The notes: generated from the letters alone by a model not told the origin. DNA of 29,452 nt from Chloroflexota bacterium (GCA_024276255.1 JAJRXO010000126.1:1-29452); one strand, 5' to 3'; shown: positions 17,072 to 26,212, counted from the first letter of the stretch. Numbers and translations are program-made.

Positions 17072-18531
17072 AGCGACCTTCCTTGATGAGGGGATAAGCG
17101 TTTATGGCTTGTGATTGGAAAGATGTGTGGAAGTGAGCTAAAATCTAAATCAGTTGCCAGACCAAAAGGCGCTTGCAGGAGACTGCCAAGAGAGCATTGG
17201 CCTGCAATGATGCGAAGGCGGGGAGGAGTTTGACCATGCTTGACATAAAGATCAGAATGGTGTCGCATTACAGCCTCTTGCCAGGAAGGGGGGAACTGAT
17301 CGAGGCCACCGAAGTAGTGGTGCCCGTTGCGTTCCACATGGTGCAGGCCCAGAGTGGCCATTACGGTAAGATCCTGGTGTAGTGCGATGGGGCCAACATT
17401 GCTCAGGTCTTCGCCGCTGAGGATAATGGTTTGCGTTGGTTGCTGCTGCCGGAGATAGGACAGCAGGCAGGCATTGGCCACGCCCTTGAAAACGCCCTTG
17501 CAGTTTTTATGGCTGGTGCCAGCATAGCCATATGCCAGCGCCCGGCGCATACTGCCCAACTCGGCATCCGATTCGTCGATGATCATCGGTGGCCGGCCTG
17601 TCCAGTTCAGTAGCTGTTGTTGGGTGTCGGAGGTCAGGGCGATGACACGATGGAAAGGCTGTTCCACGAAGAGCAGTCGTTGTCCGAAAGCCGGCCACGC
17701 CGCGGATGTGCGGAAACGCTCCCAGAATCGTCGGAATGCTGCAACTTCGCGGAATTGTTCGTTGCCGTCGAGCGTAATGGTAAATGCATCCGTACGCGTT
17801 TCGATGATGGCTGCAATGCGTACCAGCCTGGGAATATCCTCCTCGGTTCCAGCGATCTTGATTTTGAAATAACGCAAACCGTATGTCTGGATACAGGCTT
17901 CAAGACTCTGTGGTAAACCATCATTGACCCGCTCATGCGGTGAAATCTCGGCCTCGGTGAGGGGATCAGCCATACCCACTGTGTGACGGATGAAAATCGT
18001 ATGGGCAGGCGACGCAGGCAGGAGTTGGGCTGGCTGGAGACCGGTCAATTCAGCATGCACCTGGCCCAGATCGATGCCCAGACGGTTGTCACGTATGGCT
18101 TTGGCAAAGGATACGTCCTCAGCCTTGCAGAAAGCATCGATAAGCGCCCGTTCAACAAGGCTGACTCCGAATTGCCACAGCAATGCCGGATACGGTGTGT
18201 CCTGCGCCCAGGCCTGCTGGGCAGCGTAAACGTGCTGCCACAGCCGGAAGACAGTGGGTGCAGAGCCAGTCTGCAGGGCATGTTGTGTTGCCATACTGAT
18301 CACGTCCAGCATGGCAGCCAGCTCCTCGTTGTAGGTCTGGGCCGCATCCTTGCTGAACCACTTGGGTACCAGGTTGTCGGCTGCCAGCCCCTCACTGAGC
18401 TTGCCATCCACATCCACCCGTAATCGCATTATTAGATGCGGCGTCTCGGTGAGGGTGGCAATACCGTAGTGGAAGGGTATGCGCGTATGCAAGTCAATCT
18501 GGTAAAAATCGGCAGCCAGGACGCGAATCAT
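17068..18531 (-). CDS. Large (487 aa) enolase-superfamily protein with MLE-type ligands, function unknown
   Basis: FKIK, LDGNEQ, VEQP, IDES, SHKNCKG. Start MIRV at 18531 overlaps the upstream stop (ATGA); its own stop overlaps the permease start. Confidence 0.8.
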   Translation of the reverse strand: MIRVLAADFYQIDLHTRIPFHYGIATLTETPHLIMRLRVDVDGKLSEGLAADNLVPKWFSKDAAQTYNEELAAMLDVISMATQHALQTGSAPTVFRLWQHVYAAQQAWAQDTPYPALLWQFGVSLVERALIDAFCKAEDVSFAKAIRDNRLGIDLGQVHAELTGLQPAQLLPASPAHTIFIRHTVGMADPLTEAEISPHERVNDGLPQSLEACIQTYGLRYFKIKIAGTEEDIPRLVRIAAIIETRTDAFTITLDGNEQFREVAAFRRFWERFRTSAAWPAFGQRLLFVEQPFHRVIALTSDTQQQLLNWTGRPPMIIDESDAELGSMRRALAYGYAGTSHKNCKGVFKGVANACLLSYLRQQQPTQTIILSGEDLSNVGPIALHQDLTVMATLGLHHVERNGHHYFGGLDQFPPSWQEAVMRHHSDLYVKHGQTPPRLRIIAGQCSLGSLLQAPFGLATDLDFSSLPHIFPITSHKRLSPHQGRSL

Positions 18532-19673
18532 GCGCCTACCTCCGCGACCACACGCAGGGTCTCTTCTGCCCTTGGGTACAGCGTCAGTCCCAGGCCGGGG
18601 CCGGTGGGCACTTGGATGCGGTCGGTATGCGGGAAAAAGCCATCGCCAGCCAGGCTTTCGGCCAGATACTGTGGGCCATTGAGTGCGCAGGGTTTGTCGA
18701 TGCCCGCCCAGGCAAAGAGATGCGCTGACGCAGCCAGCGAGAGATCGGGGTCGCACAGTCCTGAGCCCAGTAGGAAGATGCCGCGCTCCCTGGCCAGTTT
18801 CGCTATTTGCATCCCCTGCCAGATGCCCGCAGTGCGCCCTACCTTGAGTGTAAGCCCATCCATCATCCCCAGGTCCATGAAGGATTCCGCCTCCAACGGC
18901 GAGATAACGCCCTCGTCCATGACGATGGGCAAAGCACCCTGTTGGTGCAAGGTTTGATAGCCGGCGACGGACATTGGCGGCAAAGGAGATTCCAGTACGT
19001 CAACGCCGATATCGCTCAGCCGGGGCAGCGTCTGCAGGGCCGTACTCAGGTCGTAGCCGGTGTTGGCGTCGGCCCAACAGAAGCCATCCGGTGCAAAATC
19101 GCGAACCAGCCGCGCCAGCGCCAGATCGTAATCCGGTGCCTGCGGGGGACCGATCTTGAAGTTGAAATGCCGATAACCCCGTTCGTGGCCCGTCTGTAAT
19201 TGCGCTTCGGCCTGAGCAAGTGTGGGCGCATTGATCGTCCAGCTCAGCGTGAGTTCGGTCGGGCCATCCTCGGTGCCCAGCAGGTTTTGCATCGACACAC
19301 CGCGCTGCCGGCCTGCCAGATCGTAGCAGGCCAGATCGACAGCTGCCTGGCAAAGGGGCTGGCCGGTGGTCAGGCCCGGACAGATGGTCCGGTTCATGCG
19401 CCCGTGGATATCGGCAATATCTGCAGGATTGGCGCCCAAAAGCCGGGGCGCGAGATAGTTGGCGAGGGTGGTGGTCACCGTCTCCACCGTTTCATAGCTC
19501 CAATTGGGGACGGGTACGGCCTGCCCCCAGCCTTGATTGCCGGCGGCATCCGTTAATCGCAGCAAGACCGAAGGCCGGACGACGCGCCCATTCGGGCCGG
19601 GTTCAAAGAATTTGAACTCGCCCTGGAAGGGATAATCGAAGCGTCCGACTTCGATCCTGACTATCGAATGCAC
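18528..19673 (-). CDS. MLE-subgroup enolase-superfamily enzyme (epimerase/cycloisomerase-like)
   Basis: GWGQA, AAVDLACYD, FNFKIG, DAN, ESP, DEG, LKVGRTAG. GTG start at 19673 with AGGAG. Confidence 0.85.
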   Translation of the reverse strand: MHSIVRIEVGRFDYPFQGEFKFFEPGPNGRVVRPSVLLRLTDAAGNQGWGQAVPVPNWSYETVETVTTTLANYLAPRLLGANPADIADIHGRMNRTICPGLTTGQPLCQAAVDLACYDLAGRQRGVSMQNLLGTEDGPTELTLSWTINAPTLAQAEAQLQTGHERGYRHFNFKIGPPQAPDYDLALARLVRDFAPDGFCWADANTGYDLSTALQTLPRLSDIGVDVLESPLPPMSVAGYQTLHQQGALPIVMDEGVISPLEAESFMDLGMMDGLTLKVGRTAGIWQGMQIAKLARERGIFLLGSGLCDPDLSLAASAHLFAWAGIDKPCALNGPQYLAESLAGDGFFPHTDRIQVPTGPGLGLTLYPRAEETLRVVAEVGA

Positions 19674-19749
19674 GCGGATCTCCTGAAAAGGGGGTGGGAT
19701 GACTGATATGGCTCTCAACAAGGCGGGTTGTTCACTGCAACGAAGGTGT

Positions 19750-20856
19750 CTAATTCGTCCTTCGTCGATGCTGGCGCTGTTCGCGACGCGGCCTGCGCTT
19801 TTGATCTTGCAAGGCTTTAATAATGGTAGGGATATTCCGGTGAAGTTTTGGGTTGGCGCCCCAGTCGTGGGCAGCTCGTACCATGGCGGCTACATTTTCC
19901 AGCGGGGTGTGCTGGGGAAGTGAGCAACCCGGCGCCAGGATGTCGACGCCGTTGCCCAGGCATTCCAACGATGCCTGGTAGACCGTTTCCGGGTCGCCAT
20001 TGAGCAACACTTCCACGGTGGGTACGTAGCCGGCCAGCGCTACTTTGCCTTTGGCATACTTGCGTGCTTCACTCATGTCAACCCCTTCGTCGAAGCTGTA
20101 GCAGGTGGCGCCGCTCTCGGCAATGTAGGGCAGGTGATTGCTGGACTTGCCGCAAATATGCAAGATAGTGGGGCCTTTGATGCTGGCACACAGGCGCTGG
20201 TGATAGGGTAGGATGAAGTCCCGGTAGGTTTGATGTGAGATAAGATCGCCCGAGCAGGTGGCCTCTCCCAGGACGATGGCGTCGGCACCGGCATCGATCT
20301 GGGCATTTGCATAGCGGGTGGCCAGATCAGTGAGAGGCTCCAGAATCTGATGGACATAGTCGGGATGCGTGATGATCCAGGGGAAGAGATTGGGAAAACC
20401 AAAGAGTTTGGCGGCTAGGGCAAAGGGCCCCACGATGGAGGAGATGACGGCCACCTCGTTATCGTAACGCTTACGCAGACGGCCGATGGCATCCAGCACG
20501 ACCGGCACCCGCCCCCGATCCAGGAAGTCGGTGGGGATCAAAAGTTCGTCGGGATGATTCCAGATGGGATAGATGTCGGTGGGCAGGGTATCCAGGGTGC
20601 CGTAATCGATTTCCAAGCCCAGAACCTCAACCTCGACGGTCATGCCAAAAGGCAGCTTGATGGCTTCGATCTGGCAGTGTTCCCAGATGGACGCGGCTAG
20701 GCCGGCCAGTTGACGTGCATCTTTGTGGGCCTCTGGATAGAAAATGCCTGCCTTTTCCATCATTCTCACAGTAATACCCGTGACCACCGCCGCTACAGGC
20801 GGACGATCGACGGGTTGCAGGTGCAGTGCGTTCAGAAAGCGGGTTTTGGCGTTCAT
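19750..20856 (-). CDS. MtaA/CmuA-family methyltransferase-like protein (URO-D fold)
   Basis: RPPV N-terminus, VGPFALA, LHICG and LAPGC Zn-ligand motifs. Confidence 0.85.
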   Translation of the reverse strand: MNAKTRFLNALHLQPVDRPPVAAVVTGITVRMMEKAGIFYPEAHKDARQLAGLAASIWEHCQIEAIKLPFGMTVEVEVLGLEIDYGTLDTLPTDIYPIWNHPDELLIPTDFLDRGRVPVVLDAIGRLRKRYDNEVAVISSIVGPFALAAKLFGFPNLFPWIITHPDYVHQILEPLTDLATRYANAQIDAGADAIVLGEATCSGDLISHQTYRDFILPYHQRLCASIKGPTILHICGKSSNHLPYIAESGATCYSFDEGVDMSEARKYAKGKVALAGYVPTVEVLLNGDPETVYQASLECLGNGVDILAPGCSLPQHTPLENVAAMVRAAHDWGANPKLHRNIPTIIKALQDQKRRPRREQRQHRRRTN

Positions 20857-20860
20857 CGGG

Positions 20861-21562
20861 CTAGGTCACTTCCATGTTCCACACGACCGGCACCTGTTCG
20901 TCGCTGAAGCCTGAGCGGTGCAGATGATCGATGTAGTCTTTGAGGGCGGAGCGGTTGTGCTCGCGCACACTCATTTCCAGGCGGACGACATCCTTGTCTT
21001 TCATCGCCTGGAACATTTTCCAGTGATCGGCTTGGGCTTTGGCAATGCGCTTCCCAAACACATCATCCAGATAGGTGCGGCGCAGGCGGTCCCAATGCAA
21101 CAGCACTCGTTTCATGATGTCGGTCACCATCATCACGCCAGAGCGCTCGCAGATCAGCTGATGCAGACGCATATTGTGTTCCGACCAGCGCTCCACATCC
21201 GAGATCAGATCATCCATTTTTGTGAGTAGTTGCTCGATTTCCCGCAGGTCTTCCCTCTGCAGGTTCAGGCAGGCCATGCGACCGCTAATCACCTCCACTG
21301 CTTCCAGCATGACAAAAATCTCGGATATCATACCCGGTTGTAGGTCGGTCACCGTGGCCCCGGCGTAGGGGCGAATCACCACAAATCCCTCGGCTTCCAG
21401 TTGCTGCAGGGCTTCACGTATGGGAATGTGACTGATTTTCAAGCGGCGGGCCAGATCGTCGATCACCAGCGGCGAGTTGGGCGCGAAGTTTCCCTCGATG
21501 ATTTGCGAGAGAATCCATCGATAGACGGCGGTGCGTTTGCTGCGTACGGTGATCCTAGTCAT
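20861..21562 (-). CDS. GntR-family regulator (FCD domain)
   Basis: wHTH (IIEGNFAP...ISHIPIREAL..LEAEG) plus FCD. Start at ATG 21562. Confidence 0.92.
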   Translation of the reverse strand: MTRITVRSKRTAVYRWILSQIIEGNFAPNSPLVIDDLARRLKISHIPIREALQQLEAEGFVVIRPYAGATVTDLQPGMISEIFVMLEAVEVISGRMACLNLQREDLREIEQLLTKMDDLISDVERWSEHNMRLHQLICERSGVMMVTDIMKRVLLHWDRLRRTYLDDVFGKRIAKAQADHWKMFQAMKDKDVVRLEMSVREHNRSALKDYIDHLHRSGFSDEQVPVVWNMEVT

Positions 21563-21570
21563 GGGCAATT

Positions 21571-21599
21571 TTGCCAAATGCGGCAACATATATTACAAT
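21571..21599 (+). promoter_or_regulatory. sigma70-type promoter for the rightward arm
   Basis: TTGCCA-N17-TACAAT. Confidence 0.65.
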
Positions 21600-21604
21600 A
21601 TGCC

Positions 21605-21631
21605 TATCAGCCTGTATGATAATATATGATA
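21605..21631. promoter_or_regulatory. Candidate GntR-family operator
   Basis: TATCA-N7-TGATA palindrome (21605-21621) plus TATGATA direct repeats (21615-21621, 21625-21631). Confidence 0.5.
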
Positions 21632-21647
21632 CGATCGCACTTGTCAA
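21619..21647 (-). promoter_or_regulatory. sigma70-type promoter for the leftward arm
   Basis: Minus strand TTGACA-N17-TATTAT. Confidence 0.75.
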
Positions 21648-21687
21648 ATTCATCAATGGTGCTGAACACTTCATGCAAGGAGTACAA

Positions 21688-22389
21688 ATGTCTTTCACCC
21701 CACCTGAGTTATTTCATAAAACCCTGGTCGAGCAAGTTACCGATGCCATCATGAAGATGATCGAGGCGGAGGGGCTGAAACCGGGCGATAAATTACCGTC
21801 AACCGCTGCTTTAACCGAGATCTTTGGTGTCAGTCGTCCGGTTGTGCGGGAGGGGTTGAAGATGTTGGAGGGGCGGGGAGTCATCGAGATTACAGGAGGC
21901 CGTACGGCTGTCATACGTCCCGTGAGCGGTGAGGTGCTGCATTCGTTTTTCGAGCGGGTGGTCACTTTCGAACGTGAGAAGGTTCGGGAGATCCTGGAAG
22001 TGCGCTACGGTATCGAAATGCAGTGCGCTCGACTGGCAGCCCGCCGTCGTACACCAGAGCAGGCCAAGGCTCTACAAAAGCTGGTGGCCGAGATGGCAAA
22101 ATACCTGCAGGATGCCGATACCTATGCTGAGCTCGATGTACAGTTCCATTTGTTGTTGGCGGAAGCCACCCATAACAGCTTGTTGTATCATTTGGTGCAC
22201 AGCATTCGCGATGTATTGCGCGATGTGATCCGCGAGGGCCTGGATCACCGCCTCAGCGAGAATGAACTGCATCTGGTGCAGGTGGCGCACGAACGTATCG
22301 TCAGCAAGATCGTTGAGGGGGATTCTGACGGCGCTACTCAAGCAATGGCCTTCCACTTCGACGACGCCCTACGTGCTATTTTTACATAA
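21688..22389 (+). CDS. FadR-subfamily GntR regulator
   Basis: LKPGDKLPS...FGVSRPVVREGL wHTH, DVQFH in FCD. Start at ATG 21688 with AGGAG. Confidence 0.93.
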   Translation: MSFTPPELFHKTLVEQVTDAIMKMIEAEGLKPGDKLPSTAALTEIFGVSRPVVREGLKMLEGRGVIEITGGRTAVIRPVSGEVLHSFFERVVTFEREKVREILEVRYGIEMQCARLAARRRTPEQAKALQKLVAEMAKYLQDADTYAELDVQFHLLLAEATHNSLLYHLVHSIRDVLRDVIREGLDHRLSENELHLVQVAHERIVSKIVEGDSDGATQAMAFHFDDALRAIFT

Positions 22390-22409
22390 TACTTTTCCCA
22401 AACTAAATC

Positions 22410-23558
22410 ATGAAACAGGAACCCAGACCGGCCGAATTGATACCGAAGCTGCAGCATGCCTTTGAATTTGCCCAGCGGCAGGTCAAGCAATTGATCACCG
22501 CCTACCCCGACTTCTTCCCCATATACACGCAGGGGGGGAAGTGGAAGCACACGGGCGAGGCATGGACAAACTGGTGCGAAGGTTTTTTGGGCGGCATGAT
22601 GTGGCTATTTCATCGTCGCTGTGGCAGTTCTTTCTGGCGCCAGCAGGCCGAGCACTATTCTCGCCTTCTGGAACCCCGCAAGTATGACCGCAACGTCCAT
22701 GATCTGGGGTTTGTTTTCTGGTCCTCCTGGAAGCGGTGGTATGATCTCACAGGTGATCCGCCGTTGAACGAGGTAATTATCACCGCCGGGCAGACCATGA
22801 GCCTGCGTTTCAAAGAAAAAGGTCAGTATCTACGATCCTTTGTGGCCGACAACTCGCTCTTTATCGACATCATGATGAATGTGGGAATCGTCTTTTATGC
22901 GGCTCAGCAAACCGACGATGCCGACCTGCTGCGCAAGGCCCATGCCCACTGCCTGACCACTCGGCGCACGCTGGTGCGAGGTGACGGTTCCACCGCCCAC
23001 GAGGGCCTTTTCGACCTGGCGAGCGGCGAGTTCCTGCGGCAGTCTACCCATCAGGGCTGGCGAGGCGATTCGGCCTGGGCCAGGGGACAGGGTTGGGCGT
23101 TGTATGGCTTTAGTACTGCCTATGAGATGACGGGCGAGCGTAAGTATCTGCAAACGGCCAAGATGTGCGCCGACTATTATATTGAAAGCACCTCCTTTGA
23201 TGATGATGCCCCCTTCGGGCCAGGAGTACCGCCCAACGACTGGCAGGAACCGGGCAGTCTGGCCGAGAGTTCGGCTGCTGCCATTGCTGCCAGCGGCCTG
23301 CTGGATCTGGCCCGTCTGGATCAGGACCCCGTGCACGCTGCCCGCTATCGTCAGGCTGCCCTCATCATTCTCGACACCCTCACCGGCCCCGACTATCTGG
23401 CTGATCACACGCCAGGTTGGGAGGGCATTCTCCTGCATGGCAGCTATCATCAGCGTAAGGGCCTGGGCGTGGATGAAAGTGTGATGTGGGGTGAGCATTT
23501 CTTTGTGGAGGCCATCGATAAGGCCTTGACCCTGCTGGAAGGAGAAAGCCAGGCATGA
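22410..23558 (+). CDS. ugl: GH88 unsaturated glucuronyl hydrolase, cytoplasmic
   Basis: WCEGF, HDLGF, FIDIMMN (two catalytic Asp positions), HQG...SAWARGQGWALYGF, SSAAAIAASG; no signal peptide. Confidence 0.88.
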   Translation: MKQEPRPAELIPKLQHAFEFAQRQVKQLITAYPDFFPIYTQGGKWKHTGEAWTNWCEGFLGGMMWLFHRRCGSSFWRQQAEHYSRLLEPRKYDRNVHDLGFVFWSSWKRWYDLTGDPPLNEVIITAGQTMSLRFKEKGQYLRSFVADNSLFIDIMMNVGIVFYAAQQTDDADLLRKAHAHCLTTRRTLVRGDGSTAHEGLFDLASGEFLRQSTHQGWRGDSAWARGQGWALYGFSTAYEMTGERKYLQTAKMCADYYIESTSFDDDAPFGPGVPPNDWQEPGSLAESSAAAIAASGLLDLARLDQDPVHAARYRQAALIILDTLTGPDYLADHTPGWEGILLHGSYHQRKGLGVDESVMWGEHFFVEAIDKALTLLEGESQA

Positions 23559-24334
23559 ACAGAGAGCAAGTCGCTATTGTAACCGGCAGCAGCCGGGGGA
23601 TCGGCCGGGGCATTGCCCTGGCGTTGGCCGAAAACGGCTGGCGCATCGTCATCAACTATCGTAACAAGCGCACAGCAGCCGACCAGACGGCGCGAGATGT
23701 ACGCTCTCAGGGCGGCGAAGCCCTGGTTGTGCAGGCCGATATCGGCGATCTGGACAGCTTGCAAGGGCTGGTGGATGTGACGCTGGCGCAATGGGGCCGC
23801 ATTGACATGCTGGTGAACAACGCTGGCATTGCTCCCCGTCAGCGTCTGGACATCCTGCAGACCACACCAGAAAGCTACGACGAGGTGATGGCCGTGAATT
23901 TGCGGGGACCCTTTTTCCTCAGCCAGCGCGTGGCGCGGGAGATGATTCGCTTGTTGCAGCTGGGCGTGATCAACGCCCCCAAGATCGTCAATATCGGGTC
24001 TATCAGCGCCTACACCAGCTCCACCTCACGCGGTGAATACTGCATCAGCAAGGCCGGCGTGGGCATGATGACCAAACTGTGGGCCGATCGCCTGGCCGAG
24101 TATGGCATCAATGTGTATGAAATCCGTCCCGGCATTATCGCCACCGACCTCACCGCGGCGGTAAAAGAGAAATATGACCGGCTTATCCTCGAAGAGGGTC
24201 TAACCCCGATTCGTCGCTGGGGCCGGCCAGACGACATCGCTAAAGCAGTGCTTGCCATCGCCAGTGATCTGTTCCCCTTCTCCACCGGCGAGGTGATCAA
24301 TGTTGATGGTGGCTTCCATTTACATCGTCTGTAA
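23555..24334 (+). CDS. Classical SDR oxidoreductase
   Basis: TGSSRGIG, NNAG, S...YCISK; ATGA overlap with the GH88 gene. Confidence 0.92.
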   Translation: MNREQVAIVTGSSRGIGRGIALALAENGWRIVINYRNKRTAADQTARDVRSQGGEALVVQADIGDLDSLQGLVDVTLAQWGRIDMLVNNAGIAPRQRLDILQTTPESYDEVMAVNLRGPFFLSQRVAREMIRLLQLGVINAPKIVNIGSISAYTSSTSRGEYCISKAGVGMMTKLWADRLAEYGINVYEIRPGIIATDLTAAVKEKYDRLILEEGLTPIRRWGRPDDIAKAVLAIASDLFPFSTGEVINVDGGFHLHRL

Positions 24335-24381
24335 ATCTCCCTTCCCACCCCGAAAACCAAACATTCAACCAGGAGGAAACT

Positions 24382-25416
24382 ATGCCCAGGATCGTCACAT
24401 TTGGCGAGATAATGCTGCGGCTTTCGCCACCGGGACATTTTCGTTTTTCGCAGGCCCGCAGCTTTGATGTCATCTACGGCGGCGGTGAGTCCAATGTCGC
24501 CGTGTCGCTGGCCCACTTCGGGATGAATACCGAGTTCGTAACTCGCCTTCCGGCCAATGATATCGGCGACGCCTGCCTGAATTACTTGCGTCAGTTTGGC
24601 GTGGGGGTACGACACGTGGCACGAGGGGGCGAGCGTCTGGGTATTTATTTTTTGGAACATGGCGCCGTAAGCCGCGGCAGCAAGGTGATCTACGACCGGG
24701 CCCGCTCGGGCCTGGCCACCATTGAGCCCGGTATGATCGACTGGGACGCCGTGTTTGCCGAGGCTGACTGGTTCCATTGGACAGGAATCACGCCCGCCAT
24801 TTCGGCGGGAGCAGCGGCCACCTGCCTGGAGGCAGTGAAGGCTGCCAGAGCACACGGCCTTACTGTGTCCTGCGACCTCAATTATCGCAAGAAGTTGTGG
24901 AAGTGGGGCAAGGAACCAGGCGCAGTCATGGGGGAGCTGGTACAGTATTGCGACATCGCCGTCGGCAACGAGGAGGACGCGGACAGGGTGTTCGGCATCC
25001 ATGCCCCACACACCGATGTCACCTCGGGCAGGCTCGATGCCGCTCAATATGAGTACGTTTGCCACGAGCTGGGTACGCGTTTTCCCAACCTGCACACCAT
25101 CGCCATCACCCTGCGTGGCTCCCTCTCGGCCAGTCACAACACCTGGAGCGCCGTGCTCTGGCATGGCGGGCAACTCTACTTCGGCCCGCAATACGATATC
25201 ACGCACATCGTGGATCGGGTGGGCGGTGGCGACAGTTTTGTAGCCGGGCTGATCTACGGCCTGCTCAGCTATGGCGATGACAGGCAAAAGACGCTGAATT
25301 TTGCCGTGGCCGCCTCGGCACTCAAACATACTATTTTCGGTGATTTCAATCTTGTCACCGTGCCGGAAGTAGAAAAACTCATGGCCGGCGATGCCTCCGG
25401 CCGGGTGAGCCGTTAA
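24382..25416 (+). CDS. kdgK: 2-keto-3-deoxygluconate kinase (PfkB)
   Basis: FGEIMLRLSP, GGGESNVA, DLNYRKKLW, GNEED, DRVGGGDSF. Confidence 0.92.
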   Translation: MPRIVTFGEIMLRLSPPGHFRFSQARSFDVIYGGGESNVAVSLAHFGMNTEFVTRLPANDIGDACLNYLRQFGVGVRHVARGGERLGIYFLEHGAVSRGSKVIYDRARSGLATIEPGMIDWDAVFAEADWFHWTGITPAISAGAAATCLEAVKAARAHGLTVSCDLNYRKKLWKWGKEPGAVMGELVQYCDIAVGNEEDADRVFGIHAPHTDVTSGRLDAAQYEYVCHELGTRFPNLHTIAITLRGSLSASHNTWSAVLWHGGQLYFGPQYDITHIVDRVGGGDSFVAGLIYGLLSYGDDRQKTLNFAVAASALKHTIFGDFNLVTVPEVEKLMAGDASGRVSR

Positions 25417-25436
25417 TAAAACAAAAGGAGAGCAAC

Positions 25437-26123
25437 ATGGCTAAATTCTCACGTCTGACCGTGCTTAATACTATGATCGAAACCGGTCTGGTGCCGGTTT
25501 TCTACCACCCCGATGTGGAGGTGGCCGCACAGATAGTGCAGGCCTGTGTCGATGGCGGCGCCCGCTGCATCGAATTCACCAACCGCGGAGATCAGGCCCA
25601 TCTCGTTTTCGGCGAGTTGGTACGCCGTTTTTGGGATGACGAGCGGGTGATCCTGGGCGTGGGCTCGGTGATCGATCCGATAGCCGCGGGACTGTATATG
25701 CAACTGGGCGCCAATTTCGTGGTGGGACCGGTGCTTAACCCCGAAGTCGCCCGCCTGTGTAACCGTCGCAAGGTCGCCTATTCACCGGGTTGCGGCAGTG
25801 TCAGTGAGATATCGGCGGCTGAAGAACTGGGCGTGGAGATCGTCAAGGTCTTCCCCGGCAGCCAGGTCGGTGGTCCCGGCTTTGTCAAAGCCGTACGCGG
25901 CCCCATGCCCTGGACCCGTATTATGCCCACCGGTGGCGTATCGCCCGACGAAGAAAATCTGCGAGCCTGGTTTGCTGCTGGCGTGGCCTGTGTGGGCATG
26001 GGCAGCAAGCTCATTAGCAAAGATCTGGTGGCCGCCCGCGACTTCGCCGCCCTGCGCCAGCGTACTGCTGCAACCGTGGCGCTGATTCAAAATCTCAAGG
26101 CTGAAGTCGGAGAAAATTTGTGA
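25437..26123 (+). CDS. eda: KDPG/KHG aldolase
   Basis: EFTNR, GVGSV, KVFPG (Schiff-base Lys), MPTGGV; adjacent to kdgK. Confidence 0.92.
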   Translation: MAKFSRLTVLNTMIETGLVPVFYHPDVEVAAQIVQACVDGGARCIEFTNRGDQAHLVFGELVRRFWDDERVILGVGSVIDPIAAGLYMQLGANFVVGPVLNPEVARLCNRRKVAYSPGCGSVSEISAAEELGVEIVKVFPGSQVGGPGFVKAVRGPMPWTRIMPTGGVSPDEENLRAWFAAGVACVGMGSKLISKDLVAARDFAALRQRTAATVALIQNLKAEVGENL

Positions 26124-26135
26124 ATTATCCGCGCA

Positions 26136-26150
26136 GGGGGCTACGCCCCC
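26136..26150 (+). other. GC hairpin after eda
   Basis: GGGGGC-TAC-GCCCCC, no U-tract. Confidence 0.45.
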
Positions 26151-26212
26151 GTATTGCTATAGAATCACTGATTACGCTGTAGTGAACTCTGATCCTCACG
26201 AAAGGAGACACC

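Noticed and set aside
24010-25329. 439-aa minus-strand ORF
   Set aside because: In-register antisense shadow of kdgK (and overlapping the SDR); no recognisable motifs; expected in GC-rich coding DNA.
26136-26150. Intrinsic terminator after eda
   Set aside because: There is a stem but no U-tract; kept only as a generic hairpin.
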